From Lingula anatina (Eukaryota > Animalia > Brachiopoda), in the NCBI GenBank assembly GCA_051362555.1, contig CM120643.1:23316848-23380847 (forward strand): 64,000 nt of DNA. The letters are read 5' to 3'. A program made the translations under genes and the position numbers. Positions 11,094 through 22,303 of the stretch are shown here, piece after piece. The notes under the pieces are model-generated. The model ran no database searches and was not told where the DNA came from. It saw only the letters and a program-made list of their open reading frames with translations. How positions within the stretch are numbered: position 1 is the first letter of the stretch; every line of letters starts with the position of its first letter.

Positions 11094-14000
11094 AGCCTAG
11101 ATTACATTTGAAATGCGATGCCCATACGGTTCACGTACATTGTATACTGCCTGTAATACCCTTTTCGTACGGCGTCTGAGCGGAGGAAGACGGTGGCCGT
11201 GCGAAATCGCACGGAATCGTACGGATTTAAGGCCATGTAATGTAGACTTAAGCCTCGGTCACAACCGGCCGTACGGGCTCTTACGGGCTGTTTGCGTCCA
11301 AATTTTGCACAGAATCTCACGTCCCACGCAAGTCTTTTTTACGAAATTTCGAGTTCGCAGACAGCCGGAGGATGTTGGACATGTCCAAAAGATTCTACGA
11401 ATAGCCTGCGAACAGCGAGGCCGCAAGCGTAACTTGCTCCCCTCGCACGGAGTAACAAGAGAGACGCGCGTTGTGCAAGACGCACGTCGCAAGCAATGAA
11501 GGAGCAAGTGCCCTTTGCGTGTTGAGTAAGGCGCACGTCCTCACAACTAACGAACAAAGTCGAGAGCACACCGGGAATACGTCGCACGTGCGTCACCCCT
11601 ACGCCTGGTGTATAAAAGACGTGCTCGTGTCTTTACAATGAACGTCGACCGTGTGTAAAGCCTCTCTTCTGGTCCTCAAATCAAGTTCGGTCCCTTGGTT
11701 CTAAACTGTTTACCAGAGGCTCTGTTCTGGTCCTACACCTGTAAATGTCCATCATGACGTGTTCAAACGTGTTCCCCAAACGTGTACTTGGCTGACTCTC
11801 TTTTGGGCCCCAAACTTTTTCTGCGGTATAGTCTTCATTTGAAAACCTGCCAGTTTGACGTTCGGGGGGAGGGGAGGGGATTAATTACTTGCAGTTAAGC
11901 AACTCAACTAACGGTCATTTGGTTGATTCGCCAGATCAACGGACTAGATGTCTATTATTTCACAGCATAAATTGAAAGATATAAATTGCAGAGTAACCTT
12001 CTGTCACAAGGATACTACATATAATTATTTATTCCCTTCATGCCCCCCCCCCGGGGGTCACTTGTAATTGATACTCCGTATCTTGATTAATGTGGAAGAA
12101 TCAAAAGATGAAAAGAGTGCGCGGACGTGCTTTTGACAGGTCGGGTCACGAAGTAACGGATACGGCATCTCAGTCCACAAAATATGGCTTCACAGGGCAG
12201 TGAACAAACTGGAGAAATTTCCCTCTCCGACAATATTCCAAGCATATATGGTCACCCTGCTTCCTTCATGTCTTTACAACAATTCAGTATCATTATGCTG
12301 AATTCTATTACTGTTCTATTACTGATGTTGTATTCAACCATCTAATAAAATTTGATATTTGAAGAAAATTTTATTGCAGGATTTTACAATATCACCACTT
12401 TGCACCATTGCTATTATATGGCGCAGAGTACATGTTCCAAACAGGTATAGCTGCAAACAGTAAAATTGTTTGATATTAATAAAAATATAAACAATTATGA
12501 TGATCATAATAACTAAACCACTCTGCGGGCTAACTGTCTACGGGTTGTAGCCAAGATGTGTTCAGTTTATAACACTCTCCTCTAGTTCGGGACATTTACA
12601 GATTGTCTTTACCTCTCTCTCTCTCTCTCTCTCGTCATAAATCAAAGTATCTGACATTTAACATTAGTATCTTAATTCAGGATATTTACAGAAATGTGTG
12701 AACATGATATTAATTCGAGAAAGGATATTTTTTAGTGTTTGTAAATGTTACAAAGGAAATTACCAAAAATATATAGCTTTCCATATTGAGAAGACATGTT
12801 CCTCTACTCCCCTTCTCCAGATTTCCTGGCCCGAGGAGCAATATGTTTGTCCTAAGCTCTGAAGCTCTGAACGCGCTTGAGGGGGGGGGGGGTTATATAT
12901 CTTCTTAACCGACTAAGCTAGATAGGCACGAAACACCGTAAAGTATATCAGTAGAAAGGCTCAACTTGACTTATTTCATAACATAATAGTTGCTATGCCC
13001 TTATGCTCCTCTTCCCACCCTGAACTCTTGTAATAAATAATCATTTTTCTTTTCATATGAAAGATGAGAGCGTAAATTAACTTATCACAACCGCTCAGGT
13101 TTTGCATAACGTTTTTATTAATGTTTCATATTACTTTTAACAACTGCTGACTGCTTTCCCAGTTAGAGGGTACAATGGCATAAACCAGTGAAAGTAATGG
13201 AACGTGTCATATATTTATTCCGATATTAATCTAAATATATGTGGCTCACATTTTCACTTTTTGTTGAAAGTTTTCTCACATCGAACTCAATTAATTGGGT
13301 TGGAGTGTCTACATCTGTAGCGGTGTTTTAAAGGGTCATAAATGGACCAATTTTGAGATAGCGTTATGCGAGACTTAGGTAACTTTTATATAAACGGAAA
13401 ATAATATACTGTAGATTGATTCACAACTCTGCCTCCGGTCGAATACAAGCCCTTTACGGACCAACCAAAATTAAATGCCCGTGTCTGGTGCGGGTGCTCT
13501 ATTTTCGTGGTTCTCTTACACATTTGCGTGGTGCTTCGTTAATCTGGCAACAAATGTTCGCTACAGATGAGATGCAAATAAAACGGTATAATGATCGACG
13601 CGAAAATGCCTTTAATCTGTTTTGATGCTTTCCATGTACGCATATGTACTATAATGTATAGGATTCGAAATTATCAACATCGGATTACTTAAAATAACCA
13701 TCCAAAGATCATGTACATTACGGCGCGTACACACAATTCCTTTGATTTGTGGTTTTTAATGAACTTAAATAAAGATGCTGCGATAAAGACCATTCAACTT
13801 AATAAGATATATAAATAGGGCGAAAAAGAAATTGAGACGTCCCTGGAGTCGAGACAAAATCTATGATAAAGAATCCCGATTCTGTAATGACAGCTAAGTT
13901 TGTCTCTTTTAAATTAATTTGAATTGTGCTCTTTAACAAGAGAGGCAGTCAATGAGAGGGTCGGTGGGACATTTAATGGTGGGGATCGAGTATTTAAAAT

Positions 14001-15735
14001 CACAGATTTCGGGCATGAAAGAAAATTTTGTGGTTTCCGAGGTCAGTTTGTAAGATCAAAATTCAGGCCAGGGCGCTGTTCTGAATCTTTCCCTTGAAGT
14101 GGTAAATTGAAACGGGGATTTTAGCCTTTAATTTTGCCCAAGGGAGAACGGCGTTGTGTAACAGTAAACTGCACTGGTATGCATAGGCCTACTTATACTA
14201 CCTGTACGTAGTTATACTGGATCTCCACAATGTCTTTGGTCAGATCACTGGGTTTTCATGATATTCCCTTCACTGTACGCTCCTAAAGCAATACAATTGG
14301 GATGCTAAGTTGTCATCATGTAGCAAAACAACACTTGAACATTATCTGAATGATATGGGATATACAGCTTGTGAAAGCCTAGGTATAAATACCAACAAGG
14401 TATGCAGCACGTACATCTCTAAACCAGCCCCGTCAATCAAACACACATTATGGTCAGTTGCGTCTTAGTTTAAATGCAGTCAAACAGGCAAATAGGCTTT
14501 AATTACGAAAATATTGCGCGTTTATTAATAAACTTTGTTTATTTCAGATCTGCTGATTCGAAAAAAAAAATCCATTTCTACTACTTGCACAAAACGCGTG
14601 ACCCTACCAGTCCAGTGGACATTTAGGAAATTCACGGGAATAAACGCGTCCATATGAAAATAAGAGCTTATACTAACTTGAAACAATCATGGCAGTGAGT
14701 GAGCACCCCCCCCCCCCAACACCACCACATGCACACAATCACCCACGAATGTAACTGTCTTGAAAACATGAGGCAGAGAACGCCATAAATATTGTAGTAT
14801 TATTCTTAAGCATCCTAAAGGTAGTCACGCAGCAAAACTTTTGTGTTCTTTAAAAAATCTGAGAATATATTATAGCAAATATAATACAATTTTAAATAAT
14901 TGAAATGCATTTCTTTCTAACATTCAGTTTACGTACGTTTTTTGGTAGCCTCTCAAAGTTTTAAACCTCAAATATTGGAGACCATAATAGAGTCAGCCAA
15001 GGACACGTTTAGGGAACACGTTTGAACTCGTAATGATGGACATTTACAGGTGTAGGTCCAGTATAGAGCTTCTTGTAAACAGTTTAGAACCAAGGGACCG
15101 AACTTGATTTGAGGACCAGAAGAGAGGCTTTACAACCGTGTAACGTGTACAACAATTTTCAAAATGTTCAAATTTTTGCTCGATTTATTTTCTAATATGC
15201 CTCCAAAAGGCAAGAGAAAGAAGCTTACATAGTAAAAAAATGGGTGGAGGAAGAAGAAAGAAGAGGAGAACAGAAAGCAAAACTGACGTACGCCGTCAGT
15301 ACGTCACCTCATACGTGAGAGGCAAGTGTGAAACAAAACTGACGGAAAAGGGCACTACTTTTGCCGTGCGTTGCATTCCCTTCGTAAGTGGTGAGTGTGA
15401 GCCACGTAGCCTACACAGGAAGCAAGACAAACTCAAGAAATGAGTACAATTTCCACGGCCATCGCTCTTTGCAATTAGCCTCCCTGCTTGAAAGGACATC
15501 TCATGTGGCCCTTGCGACTCGCAAGGCAGACTTTCCTCTACCTCTACGAACTCCACGGCCTCCGCAACGCCCAAAAATCGCAGGCGACGTACGATTCGGA
15601 AAGTCGTGCGTCCGGTTGTGACCGGGGCTATACTCGGCGTAGCCCGTACTCCTTATTATTTCAAAAAAAAAAAAAAAAAAAAAAATCGTACGGACAACTT
15701 CAACGCACGGCGCCCGTGTAAATGTAATCTAGGCT
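11094..15735. mobile_element. Non-autonomous PIF/Harbinger-like element (~1.15 kb of own sequence) interrupted by a nested element
   Basis: Perfect 16-bp TIR agcctagattacattt (11094-11109) / aaatgtaatctaggct (15720-15735). TTA duplication at 11091-11093 and 15736-15738. Related ends at ~29075-29103 and 38488-39116. Confidence 0.8.
11654..15134. mobile_element. Nested TIR DNA element, 3481 bp, TGT...ACA termini, 6-bp TSD; superfamily uncertain (Ginger-like ends)
   Basis: TIRs 11654-11799 and 14989-15134; the first 60 bp are identical, with 9 mismatches in 146 bp by hand count. ACCGTG duplicated at 11648-11653 and 15135-15140. No transposase ORF recognised inside. Confidence 0.85.
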
Positions 15736-16312
15736 TTAGGAAGGTCCTCATGCGCAAGGAACTTACACAAGTAAATAATATTTTCATAAAAAGAAGGTTT
15801 ACCAGTATACATGTAAGTTGTGCTTACGGTCAACTTGGCACCTACATCCTTTGCATTTATAATTACTACCAATCGCGCTGCTGAAATTTATGGATGAGAG
15901 ATACCGGTAGGACCAACACTCTTGTAACCCATCTTAAGAAAGTCGTAGTAGAGATTCCCATTGGATAATATCGTTACCAGTGAAAGTCAAAATTTTTGCT
16001 AAAATCAGGTAGGCCTAATATTCGCACCTATTCTTTTGAAATAAAAAAAGATGAATTGGGCATTGGTTTAGTAATTAAAGAAATGCTGCACTTGACACCA
16101 GGAAAAACCTTAATGTTGTTATTTTTTGTTCTCAAGTTCCCACACTGTGGCCTTCAATGAGAACATTTTAAGCCGCTGTCCTTCTTAATTGTTTATAAAA
16201 CAACAAAACAAAAAAATGTCCACCGACCTTATCTTCACAGAGATTTACCACTCGTTAACCAACTGATATATACCGTCTGGCCTAATATTATAAAACACTA
16301 CAAATGACTTAC

Positions 16313-16451
16313 CTATGGTTCCTTGAGGCGAGGATCCTAGCAGCAGATCTTTGTTAAAAGTGGCCACAAAAATGCCCCAGCTCATCTTGACTCCATTGTA
16401 GGCAAGGAACAATATAGATGTTAGAAGTACGATTAACCATCCCTGGTACAT
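16313..16451 (-). CDS. SLC16/MCT-like MFS transporter, coding exon 1 (gene spans 5664-16451, 422 aa)
   Basis: MYQGWLIVLLTSILFLAYNGVKMSWGIFVATFNKDLLLGSSPQGTI+G, GTAAGT donor. Phase 1 matches the exon 2 acceptor. The six exons sum to 1269 nt with no internal stop. Confidence 0.75.
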
Positions 16452-17089
16452 CTTTATCTAGTTCGAAAACAAGTCCACTATATTGTAAAGTTGATTAGTC
16501 AATTATAAGTCTTACGCGGAATACGCGAATAGGTCTAGTTCCCAGTCGATGTCTCGATCAACACCAGTCACTGGTCAGTTTAAACAGCAAGAGGGTCCCA
16601 TCAGGTATTTTCGTTACCCATGAGAGCCACTTTTTATTTCCTGAGGTGCGTGAAACGTTCATATTATTTTAGCGTGATCCGTGAAGCACCCAATGCGGGT
16701 GATTCGTGAATGCAGCTCTTTACTCCTTGTCCTTCGAAAAACGAAGTCATTATATTTGCTGGTTCGTGATTTTCAACACGCCGGACTCACATTTTCAATG
16801 AGATATGAATAAGGTTTGATTTACTGTGATTTCTGATTTGATGATTTTTTCCCGTGAACTGTGATCACTACAACCCCCACCCCCAACGGGACCCTCGCAG
16901 CAGGCCTATTGGCGTACACTGTTATCAATAATTTTACTGTGTTTTTTAGTTCAAATTTATCTGTCTTGGCATCAACAGACCAACCGGAACTAATGCATAT
17001 GTATTATTTGCGAAAATTCCTATGTCTATTACTCTGCTCGTTTGTGCGTTTGTGTTTGATATTTTTTGTACTGCGATAGGAGGCCCTAT

Positions 17090-17528
17090 CTTTTTTTTAT
17101 TGAGATTTTGGAATGTCCCTTAGAGGACTTTTCTAAATTTTTTTTATATTTACTGCTTTGTCATCCTAGACCATTAGAGTGAGAATTAATGCTCAGACTA
17201 ATTGGTAGACCTATCATGGATGTGCATGAGCACTTCGGAATTTCAGTACAACTGGTAGTTGAATCATTCTAATTTTTTTTACATTTACTGCTTTCTTCTC
17301 CTAGACCATTACAGTAAGAGACTTCAAACTTTGGGCATTGGTAGAGCTTCACAGATCTGCATGGAGCCCATGGGTTTGGGCTGTACCTGGGGGTTGGGTG
17401 GTTTGACATCATAATCCACTATTGACAGACAAATATGCCTTTAGGGTGAGCTACCAGAATATAATTTCGTAGTATATTTAGAAAGTGCAGGGAGGGGATA
17501 TGCGATGCTACCCAGTGACACCATCTAG
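17090..17528 (+). mobile_element. Helitron/Helentron-like non-autonomous repeat
   Basis: Internal diverged tandem units (tttactgcttt...cctagaccatta...ttggtaga, twice). The 3' block gggtgagcta...ggggatatgcgatg...ctag is shared with 30756-30822. The 5' limit is approximate. Confidence 0.45.
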
Positions 17529-17832
17529 TAAATTTATATATTATGTTATGTACAGTTCGAAAGCTGTCCTTCACTTATATATAACCATTTTTATTACACG
17601 AGTGAATGAACTGTAAACTCAGTAATATGTTGTTTACACCTGTTATCAAACTGTTGACAGTAGTCCGTAAGTAATTTCTTGGTGTAACAAATGATTGTGT
17701 TTATAATCTTACAATCACCCAAGGGTAACGGGGGTTACTCACGGTCAGAGATGAGCCAGCTGTGATGTCAGTAGGACACTATACATTCCTTTACTCTGGT
17801 ACTTCATATTATCTGTTGAGATGGTTGGCTTA

Positions 17833-18760
17833 CACTGTGAATAAAATCGGAGTCCAAGTGACTCCAAACTTGGAGTTCAGCAGTGGTGCCTAAAATAAAT
17901 CCCAATTGGAGTCAAGTTGACTAGTCCGATGGGGTAACGCCATCCCATACCCCACAGGAGGGTCACAATTGACTCCATTCACACATCCCTTCATCCCTTC
18001 ATTTATCTCTATAAAAGAGTCACCATAACCCCATAATAAGGAATTTGTGACACCTTGGCACATTTTTAACAAAAGGACAGCAATAACAGAGGCAAGCGGG
18101 GAGACAGCAGGTATCGTATATTACAGATTGGTATATCGACGGACGGATTCAAACCCACGTCCTCCCGCTACGGAGGCGGACACTAATCACTAGGCCATCT
18201 AGTGTGGAAACAGATATAATAAGCAGTTTGTAAATCTGGTAATAAACAGCATGCCATATCATGCATTGGTGGGTCAAACCTACAACCTGGAAACAAAACC
18301 TGCTGAACTGTATACCAACACATCAAAGGGTGTGGCAACTGAAAGCCCGGGCCAGTAATAAGTGCACGAGTTTTGCATGCAGAAACACAGAGAAAACCAC
18401 TTTTTAATGCATAAAACCAACTAGGCCAATAAAGTAATGTTTATACTGACAAAGGATGATGAAAACTGTTCTCTCCGCGCCGTCTGCTCACTGTCATCAC
18501 AAACGAGGCTTACTGTCCAGCGACCGAAAAAAGCCGGTGAAAGGGGTCAGCCAGACACTGGCCCCCCGGTAATTTGACTCTGATTTTTGAGTCAGATTGA
18601 CTCCATGAGAGCCAGGGGTTGATTGACTCTGATAAGAGAGTCTAAAGACTCTGGTAGTGGGGTATTTGACCCTTATATAGGAGTCAAATTAACTCCATGA
18701 GGGTCAAGGGGTGCTGGACTCTGACTAGAGAGTCAAATGACTCCAATTTTATTCTCATTG
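17833..18760. mobile_element. CACTA/EnSpm-like non-autonomous element
   Basis: TA-flanked imperfect TIRs (cactgtgaataaaatcggagtc; right, reverse-complemented, caatgagaataaaattggagtc). Many subterminal gagtca/tgactc repeats at both ends. Confidence 0.6.
18090..18205 (-). mobile_element. tRNA-derived SINE 5' fragment
   Basis: Minus strand tggcctagtgattag (A-box-like) and gggtttgaatcc (B-box-like), followed by non-tRNA body sequence. No complete cloverleaf. Confidence 0.55.
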
Positions 18761-19000
18761 TATGCTTGTACAGTGTCTGTCTGAGTGTCGGGAATAAAGA
18801 ATCAACCACCATTTTTTTATATTCTTGTGTTTTTATCCACTGTAATACACAAATATCGGGTCATCAAAGCTTAAGCTCAACAATATAGCGTCCTTTTGTT
18901 TTTGCAATATGTTTATATGTATGATGGATGCATTTCTTTATGCTATGTAATATGTAATTTCGCAAGTCTTTGCTCTATGAGCAATTTCAATTATTTATTC

Positions 19001-19005
<5 letters not shown>

Positions 19006-19057
<52 letters not shown>
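19006..19057. repeat. (TTA)n microsatellite
   Basis: Direct observation; causes the poly-Tyr ORF artefact. Confidence 0.95.
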
Positions 19058-20163
19058 CTGCAGTTCAGGATCCAATGAATCCAATCATGAACTGCGACCG
19101 GTAGGATAACTAAGTTATCAGCGTTGTTTTGCATTCAGTCTGCCATTGGCGTACGTGAATCCCTTAGCTACCGGTAAATGGGACGCATGTACTTTTAAAG
19201 TGCTTTGACCTACTAAACTTAGGAAGGGGCTTAAAGCGATCTATGCAGTTGTACTAAGTTGTCGGTAATAAAGCAGAACAGTTAATGCAGCTGGAAGAAC
19301 AAGGCGGCTTGCTGATGCAGATAGCTGATGCGTACGTAAACATTTATTGATTTGTTTGAACCGTGGTTAAGATTAGTTGGGGGTAACTTCATATCGACTA
19401 ATTTTGTTTTTTAACAGTATAACATGGCAGTATTCTAATAGCATCAGCCAGGACTCCTGTTCCTGCTTAGTTTTGCGGCAAAGACCGCCAGTAGTGAATA
19501 ATCTGTGAATCATTGTGTCGCCTATATCCTGGGCTATGCTGGTACCTGTATAATTAAGGGTGCATTCAGACACCTTCTTTGACCCATGTCTGACTGGGCC
19601 TAGCTGTAAATAATAGGTCTAAATTAGTAGACCTTGGCGTGGCCTTGACTCAGAACACTCCAATTTTTAACAGATAATTAAGTTAAATTGCAAGACGCCA
19701 TCTGATGGAGGAGCAATTTCGTGATATTGGTAGCTCCTGTTATTCCCCGTATAACGGCAATAGCTGGGTCACAGTCACCATCATCATTATTCCCCGTAAT
19801 AACGCCGATAACTGGGTCAGAGACATCACTATCATCAACGTGAGATGGGACTCTGTTACGACATTGTGTGTTACCATAACACAGGCAAAGTTTAAAACAT
19901 ACCATTTGATCATTTTTAACTTCTCAATTACATAGAGTGGATTACCATGGCAACTAGTACTGGTTGATAAAACCGTAATACGTAAACACAAGAAGGAAAA
20001 AAAATGCCAGTCTGAGCATCATTTTGTCAGATAGTAACGACTGTTGCTCAACGCACCGTGACCCTCTTAATAATCACCGATGTACATGTAATTAATATAG
20101 AGAGGCGGACAGAAGGTCGATCATTCCCCTACTGGAGTTATCAGTGGCACACTCCCACTTACT

Positions 20164-20171
20164 CACACACA

Positions 20172-20217
<46 letters not shown>

Positions 20218-20230
20218 AGCAAACACACAC
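20164..20230. repeat. (CA)n microsatellite
   Basis: Direct observation. Confidence 0.9.
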
Positions 20231-20594
20231 GCATGTGCACGCCTACATGTATCCCTGTACATGTACTGGTTCAAACACACGCACTTTGACGGTACAGGTA
20301 TCCAGTTGCGTTTTAAATAATTATTACAATTGTTAGATTAATCTGATAAAATAAACGGTAAAATTGGATTTCAACAATATAGCCAGACTGAGGAGCCTAT
20401 TTCTGCCTTTCAAATAACCCTCCCTCCCAGTGATTCAACTGACCAAAATAACATGAGGCGGGTAGGATTAATCCATCAACTCCCTCTTGGTGATAGTATA
20501 TGATTTAACCCTTCATTGAAATTACCATTTTAGTGAAAAAAGAACCCTCTCTTCAAAGTCAAACATGGATTGAGAAAACAGTTATGCATCGACA

Positions 20595-20683
20595 ATGAAA
20601 TACACGTCTTTGACAGCGACATTTCCTTATGCCTGGGAAGATTTCATCAAGGCTTTCTGGAAGATGTTTCCAAACCCCTACAA
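20595..20683 (+). CDS. PRELID1: PRELI/MSF1-domain protein (PRELID1/Ups1-like), exon 1 (gene 20595-22303, 169 aa)
   Basis: MKYTSLTATFPYAWEDFIKAFWKMFPNPY+AA, GTAAGT donor. Matches PRELID1 W-x(6)-FW-x-RYPNPY. Confidence 0.8.
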
Positions 20684-20971
20684 GTAAGTATAAGTCAAGA
20701 TTATCTAAGATAGACTTAATGTTAGAGGTAACATCAATTCATATTTGTCATTTACCAGAGTATGGCCCCTTCAATTTTGTCCCCCCACTCACTCTCTCTC
20801 ATTTTTTCCCAATTTATAGTCCGCCAGTTTGACCTGTAGACGTTATGAATTTTAATGAAGCAAGTTCTACATTTATGCAGTAGTTTTCCAAGTAAATATA
20901 CTCCTATACAACCCACAGCAATTAATTTTCGTATTTTTGACAAAAACGTAACATATTGCACGTTATGTCAG

Positions 20972-21188
20972 CCCTCAGGTTGTTGTGGAAGATGTCCTGG
21001 AACGTAACATCCAAGATGGCAAGCTTTACACCAAAAGAATCCTCGTGAAATCATTCGCAAACTTCCCCAAATGGGTGGAAACGCTGCTGCGGGGAGCTAC
21101 CAGGACGTGTGTTATAGAAGAATCCATAGTGGACGTGGAGAACAGAACGTTTGTGACGTATGTTAGGAATATAACGCAGACGGCAGTG
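20972..21188 (+). CDS. PRELID1: PRELI/MSF1-domain protein, exon 2
   Basis: tgtcag acceptor (phase 2), GTATGT donor; PQVVVEDVLERNIQDGKLYTKRILVKSFANFPKWVETLLRGATRTCVIEESIVDVENRTFVTYVRNITQTAV. Confidence 0.85.
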
Positions 21189-22099
21189 GTATGTACGAGT
21201 CAACCCATGCCCGCCATGTGTCATGCAAAAAGAGCTTCAAGTTTGTTTCAGAAAAACGCAATCTCTTTGGCCTCTAACACAATCAAGCTTGCACAGATTT
21301 GTACACAAAAGTATAGGTGTCGCTACCTGTACTCCAAAGACGTAAAGAACATGGTGAAATATATCGAAAAAAGTAAAGTGGGCTGTTAATCGGTGTGTAA
21401 TTCTACATCATGACGGACTTTGATCGCTTTTCCCTTACTTCCCAATGTCGGTATGATGTTTTCCAGGCATTAAAAACGCTGTATCCAAACGTGTGTCACA
21501 GTTAGGGAATTCTATTGAATTCTACCTGCCATCTTTGGTCATACTCATATTTTGATAAAAAAAGAATTGCCTTAGTTGTTTTAAAAAGCATTTACCTTCT
21601 GCACTAATCCCTATGGCAATAACTGACTGACTCTTCCAAAATACACGATACGATCGAGTAAACAGCATTGACAAGGACGCCAGCCTTTAATTTCCCGTGG
21701 GCATAGTTTTTCCACAGTCGTACACTTTGATAACAGCTGCTTCATTGCCCTGTTTTTGTTCTCACTGTAATCTGAAACATTGGAAGAAAAAAATGAAAAA
21801 AAAAGTCTTAATGTACCTCAGCTCAAAACTTGCGTGATACGCACTTCTGTGCACTTGCTGATATTAACGAGAGCTTGTAACGAGATACATGTTGACTATA
21901 AACTTTTTGCCGCTGAGAATTGTAACCTGCGCAGATAATTCGTCTTAAGCTGTATTCTACAACTTCATCTTTCAGGTCGCTTATAAGCTCCCTTTTTCGT
22001 GCTATATCGATTTTGCGCATTTATTCTATTCTGCGTTTGCAGTTATTAACCTATCAGATGGTGGAAGAAAGTGCAATTATTTCAACTTTTATTTTCAAG

Positions 22100-22303
22100 G
22101 TAGTGGAAGAAAGATGCACATACAAACCCAGCACAACTTCCAACAGTGAGACGGAATGTGACCGTCAAGCCTGGGCTACGTCAGGGCTGTGGGGTGTAGC
22201 GGCTGCGTTAGAATCCGTGGCGATGCGGGAGTTCGTGAAAGATACGGAGCTAACAAACAAAGGGGTGCTACTTACACTCCAAACTCTACATGGCCGTAAT
22301 TGA
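22100..22303 (+). CDS. PRELID1: PRELI/MSF1-domain protein, exon 3 (last)
   Basis: ttttcaag acceptor, phase 0; VVEERCTYKPSTTSNSETECDRQAWATSGLWGVAAALESVAMREFVKDTELTNKGVLLTLQTLHGRN*. Aligns to PRELID1 VVEERCVY...REAWVSSSLFGV. Confidence 0.85.
   Translation, partial: VVEERCTYKPSTTSNSETECDRQAWATSGLWGVAAALESVAMREFVKDTELTNKGVLLTLQTLHGRN

Noticed and set aside
11113-11596. Overlapping Arg-rich ORFs in CpG-rich DNA (also 8920-9917 and 15240-15721)
   Set aside because: They fall in Harbinger-like subterminal regions, where higher GC lowers stop frequency; no protein motifs.
14300-14385. Captured transporter-like exon inside the nested element (HYLNDMGYTACES resembles VEDLGYTSTD)
   Set aside because: The similarity is too short and has no flanking hydrophobic helices; likely chance.
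18140-18205. Possible tRNA gene
   Set aside because: A and B boxes are present, but there is no proper acceptor stem and it runs into a SINE-like body.
19740-19838. Two ~47-bp tandem units (tattccccgt...ctgggtca) considered as CRISPR-like
   Set aside because: Only two adjacent degenerate copies with no unique spacers, in eukaryotic DNA; a simple tandem duplication.
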